Counted from the stretch's first letter, positions 38,499 through 50,790 are shown. The stretch: DNA of 64,000 nucleotides from Felis catus (GCF_018350175.1 NC_058368.1:39558001-39622000), one strand, 5' to 3'. Notes: generated by a model from the sequence alone, not told the origin. Made by a program: numbers and translations.

Positions 38499-38919
38499 AA
38501 AAAACGGAATCAATTTCCTCAGGCAGGATTTGTGCTTTTCTTTGGCCAATAGAATTTTTCAAAGTGATGGTATATTAGTTCCAAGTTTAGGCCTCAAGAA
38601 TCTTCGTATAATTCTACTTCCTATTGAAACTACCATAAGAACAAGCCTGAGCTAGCCTATTGGTAGATAAGAGTACAGGTGGGGGTAGAGAGGAATTGTC
38701 CAACTGAGAATGTCCTAGAACAATCAACATACAACCAAGACATTACCTCATGACAAGGGTGAAGTCAGAAGAGATCAACAGTCAGCCCTAAGAATATTCA
38801 CAAGCCTAGATGATCTGCAAACTAGTGCGAAATAATAAATGTTCTTATTTTAAGTAACTGAGATTTGTGGTAGTTTATTACAGAACAATAGTTAATTGAG
38901 GTGCCTAGGAATGTTTTTG

Positions 38920-39129
38920 TTTTTGTTATTCTTTTAAAGTTCATTTATTTTGAGAGAGACAGAGAGAGTGTGAGTGGGGGAAGGGCAGAGAAAGAGGGAG
39001 AATCTCAATCAAACTCTGTGCTGTCAGCACAGAGTCCAAGTGGGGCTTGAACTCATGAAACCATGAGATCATGACCTGAGCTGAAATCAAGAGCCGGACA
39101 TTTAGTCAACTGAGCCACCCAGATGCCCC
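38920..39129 (-). mobile_element. Can-SINE
   Basis: Reverse head 'gagccacccagatgcccc' and GA tract. Confidence 0.95.
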
Positions 39130-39179
39130 TAGAAAAATGTTTTTTGTATAAACATTATGTTTAGTATACAGTTTGGAAT

Positions 39180-39242
39180 TTTCTTAATTTTCTTAATTTT
39201 ATACAGAGAGCACAAGCCAAGGAGAGGGGCAAAGGGGGGGGG

Positions 39243-39290
<48 letters not shown>

Positions 39291-39412
39291 CTTAAGCAGG
39301 CTCCATGCTCAGCATGGAGCCCAGTGTGGGTCTCAATCCCATGACCCTGGGACCATGACCTGAGCCAAAACCAAGAGCCAGAAGCTCGACCAACTGAGCC
39401 ACTCAAGGTCCC
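39180..39412 (-). mobile_element. Can-SINE with expanded G run and (GA)n
   Basis: Reverse head 'ctgagccactcaaggtccc'. Poly-G followed by about 21 GA units at 39234-39288. Confidence 0.92.
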
Positions 39413-39589
39413 TGAGAATTATTTTGGAAATAGATTTTTTAAGTGCTAGTGTGAGACCCTGCTGACACATTTGTTATACGACTAAAGAGGTGCAGATATT
39501 AATTCTTTTGATTTGGACTGCACTTAATTGGATTAGATTTCAAAGAAGGGAAAGAAAAGTGAAATACATTAAACAACTGAAATAAATAG

Positions 39590-39950
39590 ATTTGGAAATT
39601 CCAAACTCAATAAATAAAACCAAGAATTCACTAGATGTGTTTAAAGGCACACTGAACAAAATTGAAGAGATGATTGGTGAACTGAAAAATTGGAAGAAAG
39701 AAATATCCAAAATGAAAAGTATTAGGAGTCATAGGAGGTAGAATCAAAAAGATGAACAGAGTAATGATTGGAGATCCAAAACGAGAGGAAGAAGAAAATA
39801 TATCAGAACCAATATTTGAAGAGTCATTGCCTGGAATTTTCATGAAATTCATGAAAAATATCAAGATAGAAATTAAAAATTACTATAAATCCTATCAGAA
39901 AATAGCACTCCCCCCAAAATTCAGAGACACATAATTATAAAACTGTTACA
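39590..39950 (+). mobile_element. Old L1 ORF1 fragment
   Basis: ORF 39752-39934 'VMIGDPKREEEENISEPIFEESLPGIFMKFMKNI' resembles the L1 ORF1p 'IGVPE.EE.E......FEEI..ENFP.L.K' motif. Confidence 0.7.
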
Positions 39951-39993
39951 AATAAAATATAAAAACTAATTATTTTAACAGTAATTGACTTTA

Positions 39994-40205
39994 CTTTTTT
40001 TAATTTTAGTTAAAATTTTTTTTTTAGAGACAGAGACAGAGCATGAGCCGGGAGGGGCAGAGTAAAAGGGAAACACAGAATCTGAAGCAAGCTCCAGGCT
40101 CTGAGCTGTCAGCACAGAACCCAACATAATGCTCAACCCACGAACCATGAGATCATGATCTGAGCTGAAGTGGATGCTTAACCAACTGAACCACCCAGGT
40201 GCCCC
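39994..40205 (-). mobile_element. Can-SINE (left member of head-to-head pair)
   Basis: Perfect TSD aacagtaattgacttta at 39977-39993 and 40206-40222. Confidence 0.97.
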
Positions 40206-40231
40206 AACAGTAATTGACTTTAAAATGAAGA

Positions 40232-40426
40232 GGGGCGCCTGGGTGGCTCAGGCCATGATCATGATCTCGCGGTTCGTGGGTTCGAGCTCCACGTTGGGCT
40301 CTGTGCTGTCAGCTCAGAGCCTGGAGCCTGCTTCAGATTCTGTGTCTCCCGCTCTCTCTGCCCCTTCCCAGCATATGCTCTCTCTCTCTCTCAAAGATAA
40401 ACATTAAAAAATTTTCTTTAAATAAA
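40232..40426 (+). mobile_element. Can-SINE with 5' internal deletion (right member of head-to-head pair)
   Basis: TSD taaaatgaaga at 40221-40231 and 40427-40437. The segment between the two gctcag words of the consensus head is missing. Confidence 0.96.
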
Positions 40427-40794
40427 TAAAATGAAGAAACCGATTTTTCAATTGTATATGTGATTTATCAAAGAAAATATTGTACATAGGGGAACCTGAA
40501 TTGAAATACATTTGTACTTGACTCAAAAGTTTTTATGTTTTCCTCTGCATTGTATTTCTCCACTTCATATATTCCTAGCCTTTCCAGATGCATTGCCCCT
40601 AATTGGTTTCTTTAACTTCACCTAAGCTGAATAAATGACAATTTTACTTTCCTTGTTTTCATATTTTTTGGTTTTGTTGTTTGAAATTGTATCTTCTTAT
40701 CTTAGTGATCATCACTTAACATAAATTGTATGCAGAAAGTCATCTAATAAGTGCTGTGGATGATTTTTTTGGCCAGTTACAGAAGTTGTGTTTC

Positions 40795-41006
40795 TTTTTT
40801 TTTAAGTTTATTTATTTATTTTGAAAAAGAGAGAGAGTGTGCATGATTAGGGGGGGCAGAGAGAGAGAGGGTGAGAGAGAATCCCAAGCAGGGCTCCACA
40901 CTCAGCATAGAGCCCAATGTGGGGCTTGATCTCATGACTGTGAGATCATGACCTGTGCCAATATCAAGAGTTGGATGCTTAACTGACTGAACCACCTAGA
41001 CACCCC
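40795..41006 (-). mobile_element. Can-SINE
   Basis: Reverse head 'ccacctagacacccc', GA tract and T tail. Confidence 0.95.
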
Positions 41007-41339
41007 TAGAGGTTTTATATAACATGCAGTAAAAGTCCAAAAATGCTGATGTTTTTCCCTAAGAATTAAAGGAAGTAGGGAGATGAAGTAACAAACTATA
41101 ACTTTATGGTTGGTAAAGCAGAACTGGAGGGCACAGCTTGCATAAGCCTTCCTGCATTTTTCCCCTTGGGATATGCAAGTGGGGCAAATCATATCTGCCA
41201 AGCTGAAGTTTAAAACTAAAATGGTTATCACATAACATTATCATTATGACCATAATTACCATCTTAATCCACAAAAATGCCTGTATCAACATGATGTATA
41301 TTATTAGGATGATGGTGTGCAAAATTAGAATAACTTGAT

Positions 41340-41550
41340 TTATCTTCTAGTTTTTCCTCTTACTGGATACAGCTCTGAGCAAGTCACATAACCCCTCTCT
41401 CACTGTCCTGCTCTATGAAATGGGAATAAGAAAGGCTTCCTTGTTGTATAATTTTGTTTAATAAACAAAGTATTCTGTATGAACAAATTTGTGAGACAAA
41501 TTATTACAGTGTCTTACATAGGAAAGCCACTCAATAATTGTTAACAAAAA
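41340..41550 (+). mobile_element. MIR fragment
   Basis: 'tctgagcaagtcacataacccctct...ctctatgaaatgggaataa'. Confidence 0.6.
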
Positions 41551-41905
41551 TTATTATCACTATTTAATTATAAAAATCTACCCATGAGAGATTATAAATG
41601 TATGAATACATAAAGTCGTAATAACATATAAAGGGTTTTCAAAGAATTGAAAATAAAGTTTGAATAAATATAAAAATTAATGACAATTACATTGTATAGG
41701 CTATGCATTTTGGGGAATGAATCCATACTTAGAAAACTTGGGAAAGAAAGTCTTACAAAGTCATTTTTACCTTTGAGAATCTTTAGTATTGGCTCTCCAA
41801 AAGTGGTTCATCAGTTTCTGGTTTAATTGAGGAAATTTTTATCATAAACATTCTTGTGATAAATATAGGATGGATGATAGTTGTTAATCATTTTGACACA
41901 CTAAG

Positions 41906-41939
<34 letters not shown>

Positions 41940-42900
41940 TAAATGTAGCAAACACTTTTGAATGTTAATGTATATATCATGTAGCAAAAGTATATATGAC
42001 TATCACATCTAACCCGTTCATACCTAATAAACAATCATAAGATACTAACATATTTTGGAATGTTTAAAGATACAATCATTAAAGATAAACTTAAGAAAGC
42101 ATATAAATAAATTAGATACACTGAAGATAAATCAAATTATATCTATATAAAACACATGGTATATAAACTTTGCTGAACTAAGCACTTAAAATTAACATAC
42201 ACAAAAAATGAAAAAATAGACATAGGAAAGCATTATCCATGTTTATCTGACATTGCTTTACTAAGGCAGTAACTTTAATATTTAAAGAAAAATAACCCTG
42301 ATTTTGGATTGTAATACACTACCTTCTCAAAGCTACATTATTTAATTGAAAGAACAGATTTTATTTCAATTATTTTTGTCCCTGTGACGTAGTTACTCTA
42401 TAAATCCTTAGTTTAGCAGTCACTATTTCAAAATCAGAAAAATCATGATCGCTTTTGTGCATCATTCTTGACAAGGTTTTAAGTCAAGTAGCATTAGTAA
42501 AGACTATATTATAGAAAATAGAAGTCCAAAAAAATTCTCAGACAGATTTCAGCATAATTTCTCACCACTTGATATAAATAAAACACAGCAGAGGCATCCC
42601 TTTTTATTGCCTCAGGGAACAGAGAAGCCACACTCAAAAGGAACTCTTCTCTTGGGACTATATCCAAGAGTGGCAGACAAATCTTTTACACTAGTACGGA
42701 AAAAAACCAGTTCAGAGAACTCCTGCTTATGCATTCACACTTAATAAATCCAATTTTAGCAACATCCCTATTTAAATGAGAACAAATTCCCTGAAACTTT
42801 TATTCCTCACCACCTTCCCTCTTCCATATCTTTATTTGAGACTTCCATTTAGATTTCTGGATAAAGTTCAACTTCAGCTAATTTAGTGTGCAGTGTTTGC

Positions 42901-42945
42901 CAAAACAAAACAAAACAAAACAAAACAAAACAAAACAAAACAAAA
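42901..42945. repeat. (CAAAA)n microsatellite
   Basis: About 9 perfect units. Confidence 0.97.
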
Positions 42946-43394
42946 AAACCCTTCCAATACATTAACACAGAAAGTATATTTGCAAGCATCCAATATACCC
43001 ATCTTGTTTTCTGGCCTCCGGGCATAAGCACTACCTGAAAATTTTCTTTCCCAAGAGATATTGCTGGGTAAATTTACTTGTCATTACAATGGATACTTCT
43101 TTAATAAAGAAATAGTTCAGAATATCTATTCAATCATATCAGTATGAGTTTCAGATATTTCTTACCTTCTAACTTGAGAGATTAAACCTCAATGACCCAA
43201 TAAAGTTCTTTAAAGAACAAATAAATATATTATTTTATTGTTCTATTTGAAAAAAAGCAATTACTTGGCATACATTTATAAGCTGGAACAAATTTCCATT
43301 CACTAAAAATGACAGTTTCTTAAAATAATAAGTTTAGCCCTCTATTTTCTATAATACAGTCTCTAATAATTCTTCCTGACTTAAGCTTTTATAT

Positions 43395-43915
43395 ATTCTA
43401 GCCCTTCCATTCCTAGGCATTTACACTCACACAAAAATTTATCCACAAATTTTCATAGTTTTATTTTTAATAGCCTCAAATTGGGAACAACCTAATCATC
43501 CGTCAACAATTGAGTAGATTAAAAAATTATGGTATATCCATAAAATGGAATGTGACTCAACAATGAAAAGAAATTAACTATTGATAAACACAAAAATGTG
43601 AAAAAATCTGAAAACAAACACAAGCTGAGTGGAAAAAAAAAGACAAAAATGAGTACATGATGTACTATTTCACTTATATAAAATTCTTAACAATGTGAAC
43701 TAAACTATAATGATGGGAAGATTAGTAGTTGTGAGTAAGAGAATTGGGAATGGTTTCAGTATATTCATTCGGGGTTGGTGAATATATTCATTAATTCAAT
43801 TGCAATGTTATTTTAGGGGTTTATAAATATATCAAACAATCAAATTGAAAAAAATAATCAAGTAGTATACTAAATATGCACAGTTAATGGCACATCAATT
43901 ATACTTCAGTAAAAA
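43395..43915 (+). mobile_element. Old L1 (L1MC/L1ME-like) 3' region
   Basis: 'ttccattcctaggcattta', 'aaattatggtatatccataaaatggaat...caatgaaaag' and 'catcaattatacttcagtaaaa'. Confidence 0.75.
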
Positions 43916-43927
43916 TATTAAAATGGT

Positions 43928-44156
43928 GGGGCACCTGGATGTCTCAGTCAAGTAAGCATCCAACTTCAGCTCAGATCATGATCTTATAGTTCAAATCCCT
44001 CATCGGGCTCTGTGCTGACAGCTCAGAGCCTGGAGCCTGCTTCCGATTCTGGGTCTCCCTCTCTCTCTGCCCCTGCCCTGCTTGTACTCTGTCTCTCTCT
44101 CTCTCTCTCTCAAAAATTAAAAAAAAAAGAAATTAAAAAAACATTAAAATTATTTT
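43928..44156 (+). mobile_element. Can-SINE
   Basis: ggggcacctgg head, CT tract and A tail. TSD aaatattaaaatg on both sides. Confidence 0.95.
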
Positions 44157-44507
44157 AAATATTAAAATGAGTCATTAATTAACATGCTAAATATTAGTCA
44201 ATGGATGTACTTACAAATGAATAGGAGAAATTATGAACATGGATAATTTTAATTATAAGTTAATGTATAAAGGGAAGCTACAGTAAATCATAATATTAAA
44301 TATTAATATTAATCATACTGTATATATATCCTATTTGCTAAAAATTATTTTGTTCTATTTTAATTTATATTTTGACTTTTTTTCTCTGTTTAATAAACCA
44401 GGTATGGGGGAGTTGTTATACATTTTTAAAACAGCTTCATAATTCCAGAATCAGTAATAAATGTGATACGAATGGAAACTCTTTGGGTTTTAAAAAATAG
44501 GTTGCCT

Positions 44508-44690
44508 TAGGAATTAAGGAATGTGCTTGCTGTGCATGATAAGCACCTGGTGTTGTATGAGGTGTACTATATTTTACATCTGAAACTCATATAACACTGT
44601 ATGTTAACTAACTGGAATTAAAATGAAAACTTAAAAAAATAAAATAATAAAATAAAATATCATTGGCCATAAAAAACAAAAATAAATAAA
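44508..44690 (+). mobile_element. L1 3' tip (carnivore-type)
   Basis: 'gataagcacctggtgttgtatga...ataacactgtatgttaactaactggaattaaaat' plus A-rich tail. Similar to 36488-36622 and 61680-61790. Confidence 0.8.
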
Positions 44691-45263
44691 AAATGCATTG
44701 CCTGTACATCTGTCATTATTTAAATATGGAATACATCATATAAACACAGTACATAAATGCCCATACTTTAGTTTTACTATCAGCAAACTACTTTATAAAA
44801 ATCAACTTGACTATCATTGATACAATCATATCATCTGCTCATAAGATATTTAACAAATTTATCTAAATATAAACTCTTCAGTTTACTTGCTATCAATGGA
44901 GCATCTATACTGAAAAGTTAAAAATGGCATCAGAAAAGGCATATTGAAAGAACAGTGAAATATATGGTTACCAGGAAGAGAGAGTAACCTTTGTGTTTTA
45001 ATAATAAGTATCTGATTAATTCCAGACCTCTATTTCAATTCATAGCTATAATCTTGTATATTTTGGCTTGATTAAAAAAAAGACTTAATGAAACATCAAA
45101 TGGGGAGTAGAGAGACAATTTGCAATCAGAACTGAATTATCCACTAACGCAGTTCATTCCACAGATTCTTAGGATAATGTACTCTTCAAAGCATATTTAC
45201 TGATGTGTTGCTGATAAAAAAAAATCCACCTTCTGGAATAGCAAATTGGTTATCACCACAGAT

Positions 45264-45288
45264 AACAACAACAACAACAACAACAACA
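45264..45288. repeat. (AAC)n microsatellite
   Basis: About 8 units. Confidence 0.92.
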
Positions 45289-45723
45289 AACAACTTTTGC
45301 TGGAATTAAATAAAAATTTCTGAGCCAGGTTTGACAATATAAAAAATGTGAAAACTAGTGGACAATATGAAGATATAGATAAAATGTTTCAAAAATAAAT
45401 GCAGATTTGTAATCACTGTTTACTCCACTAGGAGAAATGCACCTAGAATAATGTAATATTAACCATAACTTATTTTAGAGAATAGTCAAAAAGCAAAGAT
45501 ACCAGGAAGAACTATTAAGTTGTAAAAAGTAGAGTCTGAGTTAACTAGGAGAGGAATTCTCTTATTGAGAGTTGTAGAAATAGTAGAATATTTAGACTTC
45601 CTTTTCTTCTCATGAGAGAATGAATGATCAATGGATTTAGCAGGAGTATTGTCTCTTATGTCCATCTTAGATGTATTTTTTTTTCATTTCCTAAAACTGA
45701 TTTTTTTAAATGAAGTGTTTCTT

Positions 45724-45962
45724 TTTTTTTTTTTTTTTTTTTTTTTGTTTGTTTGTTTGTTTATTTCAGAGAGAGAGAGAGAGAGAGCACGTGAGAGCGC
45801 ATGAGCGGGGGAGGAGCAGAGAGAGGGAGACACAGAATCCAAAGCAGGCTCCAGGCTCTGAGCTGTCAGCACACAGCTGATGAGGGGCTCGAACTCACAA
45901 ACTGCAGATCATGACCTGGGCTGAAGTTGGCCGCTTAACCAACTGAGCCACCCAGACACTCC
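45724..45962 (-). mobile_element. Can-SINE
   Basis: Perfect TSD atgaagtgtttctt at 45710-45723 and 45963-45976. Long T tail. Confidence 0.97.
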
Positions 45963-47269
45963 ATGAAGTGTTTCTTGTGGTCAGCAATCATTTGCCAAAA
46001 ACGATAATTTTGTCACTAGTAATTCTATTTACTTTAACACGTACACATACACACACACCCTATTGTTTAACTTATATATTTTATTATCAGGTTAATTGCT
46101 GAGGCACTATAGGGACAATTAAAAATTAGAGACTCCTTTTGATGTAGAAACATTCATGAGTTGTTGAAATTTTTGGTTTAATGTTTATTATTATGAAATT
46201 GTGAGTAGAATATTTTCCTATGACAAATAAATAAATATTTGTAGATAACCTGTGCCTTTTCAAGTTCCCCCCTTTGTATTTTTAAATTAGTTTCCCAAGA
46301 ATTTATCTGCAATATACTGTTATTCATCACTTGAGTAAGGAACTTTCTTAAAATTAAAATTTGTCTACAATCAATACTGAAATCCTAAACCTTGTGAGGA
46401 AAAATGCTTCTTACATAGTTGATACTATATTATAATTGCATAATGCTTATAATAAAATACACATTATGGAATTCCAAAAGAAAAACCAAACTTTAATTTA
46501 GAGGAGAACAAGGTATATGTGCAGCTGCTTATGTGGACAAATAGCTTGATATGTTATTTAAAGTTTGTTCGCACACTCAAATGTCTAGATCATATAGGGA
46601 CAATAATAATTTATATCGCTTATTACATCTATTTTTGCTATATACAGAAAATAAATTTCACAACCCTATATTGACTGTGATGGACCATGCTTGTGCCATA
46701 TTGAGAATGACAGCTGAGATGAATCAAGGACAACCGTGCAAGCCAAGTTCAAAAGGAACTGACTTGATGAAGAGCAATTTTACCACAGGCCACAGAGTGC
46801 ACCAGATCATTGACTGCAAGCTCTTTAGAACTGCCTGTGTTCATCCACAATTATATAGGAGGGACAGAAGTTTGGGAGGTGGGAGGGAAGTCATCACATT
46901 TAGAACTCCAAAGCATATTAACACTCTTTCTGCAAAGCTCACCATATTTCATACATGCTTACCTCAATGCTTTTTGATAAATTGCTTAGTCAAAATAATA
47001 CTTGAGAATGTGCTAAACAACTATAGTTGTACTTTAGTTGTCAGTAAATAGAAAACTTCGATCATTCCTTACTGCACAACTGTGCTCTGGGTGATGATGG
47101 AGTTAAAAAGGAAACAAATGCCTGATTACAAGGTGATGGTGTAGAATGTGACACATTTTAACTGTGAGTGTTTTGGGGGAATAACTTTTCCACTCACCTT
47201 TTGAGTTTCCAGTTCAAAAGTGGGTTCTCAGTGTGGCTTTCTCTAAATTCAAAGATTAAAACAGGTCAT

Positions 47270-47297
47270 GGAGCGCTAGGGTGGCTCAGCGGGTTCA
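47270..47297 (+). mobile_element. Isolated Can-SINE 5' head fragment
   Basis: 'ggagcgctagggtggctcagcgggtt' against the consensus 'ggggcgcctgggtggctcagtcggtt'. No body or tail follows. Confidence 0.5.
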
Positions 47298-47694
47298 CTG
47301 TGCCCTAGAAAATTTGTTTGCCACATATTAGACACTCAGTACATATTTGCCAAATAGCTTTATGAATGGATTTTATAAGTGAAAAACTAGAAGGACCACT
47401 AGTTTAATATACAAACTATACATGTGCAATGCATTATAATTATGGAGCAACATATAGCCATTCATATTTCATAAATGTAAGTGTTAGAGTAAGTTGTCCA
47501 AAACTACAGAACCAGGAATCACAAGTTTAGGTTTATGCAAGAACTATCACTAAAATACGTGTGTCTCAGAAAATTTCTCATGGAATTATGGGGGGAGTTC
47601 ATTAAGATAATAGATGTAAAACATTGTGTGCCATTCTTGGCAAGTATTTCATATGAGATTTAGTAACAGACATTAGTAGCAGAAAAAAAAAATG

Positions 47695-48092
47695 TGGCAG
47701 TATAGTTTAACCTGCCCTTCCATAGATGTGACTGTGTTGGATTTGGAAACATTCCATTTTCCCTGCTTGCATCACATTTCAGTATGGAAAGACTGCAATT
47801 TCTCACTGTTCAACTCAGGAATAGCATGTGACCACAGTGGCAATGCAAGTGAGTTACTTTGAGGCAGAAACTTCAAGAATCAAGGGGCAGATGTCCCTTC
47901 TCCTCTGCTATATTGTATAGAAGTATTCAAGATGGAAGCTGCTGTCATTTATCCTATAACTTAGATGACACTGAGAGGACCAACCAGTGACCCAAAATGG
48001 AAATCAACTAAAAACGGGAACTACTGTTTTTATAAACTTCTGTGATTGTTAGACTGTTTTCTAGAGCAGCATAATGTAATTTAATCTGACAG
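47695..48092. mobile_element. Old MaLR LTR (MLT1-like)
   Basis: 'catgtgacca...caatg...acttt', 'caagatggaagctgctgtca' and end 'gactgttttctagagcagcataa...ctgaca'. Confidence 0.55.
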
Positions 48093-48784
48093 ATTTAGCA
48101 ACCCTCTTCTTATTTAATTAGAGGCATTCAAATTTTGGTGGCAAGATTACATAATGAAAAAAAAATAATGCTAGTTATAGCGTCTCAAAATATGATCTAG
48201 AAATCATAGAAGAGCAGTCTTGAATGTCCAGAATTTAAATTTTCAAAGCAGGCATTTTTTTTTTAAACAGTGAAGTTTTGAAAAACCTCGCCTTAAAGGA
48301 ACCATATTATAAAAGTTTATACTGTAAACAATGGATGAGAAAGAAAGTAAATGAAGAGCCAGGCTAGCACAGGGAAGGACTCACCTAGAAGTGAAGACAG
48401 TGTATATATAGAAGCTAGTGAGGACTAGTGTTTAGTGTAGTGATTCTGCCAGGGTACATAGGAACACCCTTCCATTCAAGATAAATGCATAGATCTGAGA
48501 TTAGAGATGTACTCAGGGCATTTGAGGCGGTCTGAGCAGAATTGCGCCTTGTCTGCAATTAACCAGTACCAGACTGATGCAACACTGAGGGCTGGTACAT
48601 GGTGAAGCTCTTCCAGGTTGACTCTCTGAGAAAACCTCTACTTCCAGCCTAGATGTCAGATGATTAGGGCCACAAAATTGACTGCAGGTAGTACAAACAG
48701 AAGAACCATAAGGTTTTCAAAAGAACCGTGAGAAACAATAAACTGTTATTTTATATTTAGTGCTATTTTGCTATGCTGTGTAGT

Positions 48785-48960
48785 TGTCAGCGAGGCCTGC
48801 CATAACAAAATACCAAAAATTGGGTGGCTTAAACAGCAGAAATGTATTTTTTCATGGTTCTGAAGACTGGGAGTCCAAGATCAAGGTGCCATCGGGATTG
48901 GTTTTTCATAAAGTATTTCTTCTTGGCTTGTAGATGGCTACCTTCTAGTTGTGTCCTCAG
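48785..48960 (-). mobile_element. MaLR LTR fragment (MLT1A/C-like)
   Basis: 'gccataacaaaataccaaaaattgggtggcttaaacagcagaaatgtatt...catggttctgaagactgggagtccaagatcaaggtg'. Similar to 5342-5460. Confidence 0.8.
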
Positions 48961-49577
48961 TTTTGTTTTGTGGTTTTTCTGTTTCATTTTGTTTTTGTAG
49001 TATTCTACTTGTCAGTTCGTTTATGTCTTTGCCAAAATCACAGACTTAATTATTATAGCTTAATTGTTATAGCTTTATAAAAAAATGGTATCCATGCAAT
49101 TTCCTCCTTTTGTTAGATTTTCTTTATTTTTTAATGTTGGCTTATTCAGAAGTAATGCTTTTAATTTCCAAAGCTATTTTTCCCCTGGGTTTCTTTAATT
49201 ATTTTTGCTTAATTGCATTGTAGTCCTAGAATGTTATTTGTAAGATACAAGCCTTTCTGTATTTGATATGTGATCACTGACAGCTTTCAGGCCTCACAGC
49301 CCCCTTCCTGTGTTTGCACTGTATCTGGACAAGCAGAAAAAACTTGCAGACTACTTGCAAACACTCATGCTTGGGTTCTTTCACAGGAATCCCTACCTTG
49401 ATCCCCCATCCTAACCACTAAACCAGAAAGTCCCATTGTGTGAGTAGTAGATCTGTTCATGCCTTCTTGATGCATTGTGGCATCATTGGTCTTGACATCC
49501 AAATCATTTTGAATCCCTGATAATTATGTATCTTTAACAAATCACATTGCTTTTTACTTATAGTGTCCAGACCCCCT

Positions 49578-49778
49578 TTTTAAAAAATATTTTTTATTTT
49601 TGGAAAGAGAGAGAGAGAGAGAGAGAGAGGCAGGAGGAGGGGAAGAGAGAATCCCAAGCAGGTTCTGTGTTATTAGCGTAGAGCCCGACATAGGGCTTAG
49701 ACTCACAAACCGTGAGATCATGACCTGAACCAAAACCAAGAGTTGGATGTTTAAGTGACTGAGCCACCCAGGTGCCCC
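49578..49778 (-). mobile_element. Can-SINE
   Basis: Reverse head 'gagccacccaggtgcccc' and GA tract. Confidence 0.95.
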
Positions 49779-49924
49779 TGTTTAGCCCTCTTTCAAAGCA
49801 TTTCTTGAGACACACACACACAAAAAAACCCCAACAAACTAATAGAAATTATTGCATATCTGGTAATATTTATTTTATCCATTTCTTCGATTTGCTGGTT
49901 CTCATAGTAAATACTTTTCTTAAA

Positions 49925-49973
49925 GTTAGGTTCTTCAATAAATAATTTGTGTTTGTACAATGTGATGAGTTTA

Positions 49974-50005
<32 letters not shown>

Positions 50006-50740
50006 ATCTAAAGGCATATTATATGCATATGTATTATATACATAGTGAAATAATTACCCCAATAAAGTTAGTTTGTCCATAACATATAACACATCCTTAA
50101 CCTCACAGTGTTACCAATTTGTGTGTATAGTGAGAACTTTTAAGATCTATTCTCTTAGCAACTTTCAAGTATACAGTATACAATACAGCATTGTTAACTA
50201 TGGTCATCATGCTGTAAATCATATCCTCCGAACTTATTCATTTTACAGCTGGGAGCTTGTACTCTTTGACCACTTTCACCCATTTCCCCCCTCACATCCT
50301 CTTGCCCCTGTCAACAACCAAACTACACCCTGTTTCTAAGTTGTTTTTTTTTTTTTTTTTTTGATTTCACAAATAAGTGAGATCATACAGTATTGGTCTT
50401 TCTCTGACTGATTTTACTTATCATAATGCCCTCAGAGTCCATCCGTGTTTTCCCAAACAGTAGGATTTTCCTTCTTTTTATGTCTGAATAAATATTCCAT
50501 TGTGTATATACCCAGAAATAGGATTAGTGGATCATAAGGAAGTTATACTTTTCATTTTTTATGCAACCTCCATACAGTTTACCATATGCCACTTTGAATT
50601 CCCACTACGGTATACAAGTCTCTTTTCCTTGACATCTTAACCTGCACTTTTGTCTCTTTCCTTTTTGATTATAGCCATTTTAATAGGTGTGAGGTGATGT
50701 CTCATTGTGGTTTTGATCTGCATTTCCCTGATAATTAGTG
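49925..50740 (-). mobile_element. Old L1 (L1MA/MB-like) 3' region
   Basis: 'gtgagaacttttaagatctattctcttagcaactttcaagtataca', 'aaataagtgagatcatacagtatt' and 'tagccattttaataggtgtgaggtga...cattgtggttttgat'. Confidence 0.88.
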
Positions 50741-50754
50741 AAGGCCGCTCTTAA

Positions 50755-50790
50755 GCAGCCACCTAGTGGGGGGGGGGGGGAACACTGCAC
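50755..50790 (-). promoter_or_regulatory. Candidate CTCF site (reverse) with upstream TGCAG module
   Basis: The minus strand reads GTGCAGTGTT-C13-ACTAGGTGGCTGC. The core CCACTAGGTGGC matches the CTCF consensus, and TGCAGT resembles the ZF9-11 upstream motif. Confidence 0.5.

Noticed and set aside
46551..47051. Longest ORF (166 aa, +)
   Set aside because: No recognisable domain, composition typical of translated AT-rich non-coding DNA, and no promoter or splice context. One ORF of this length is plausible by chance.
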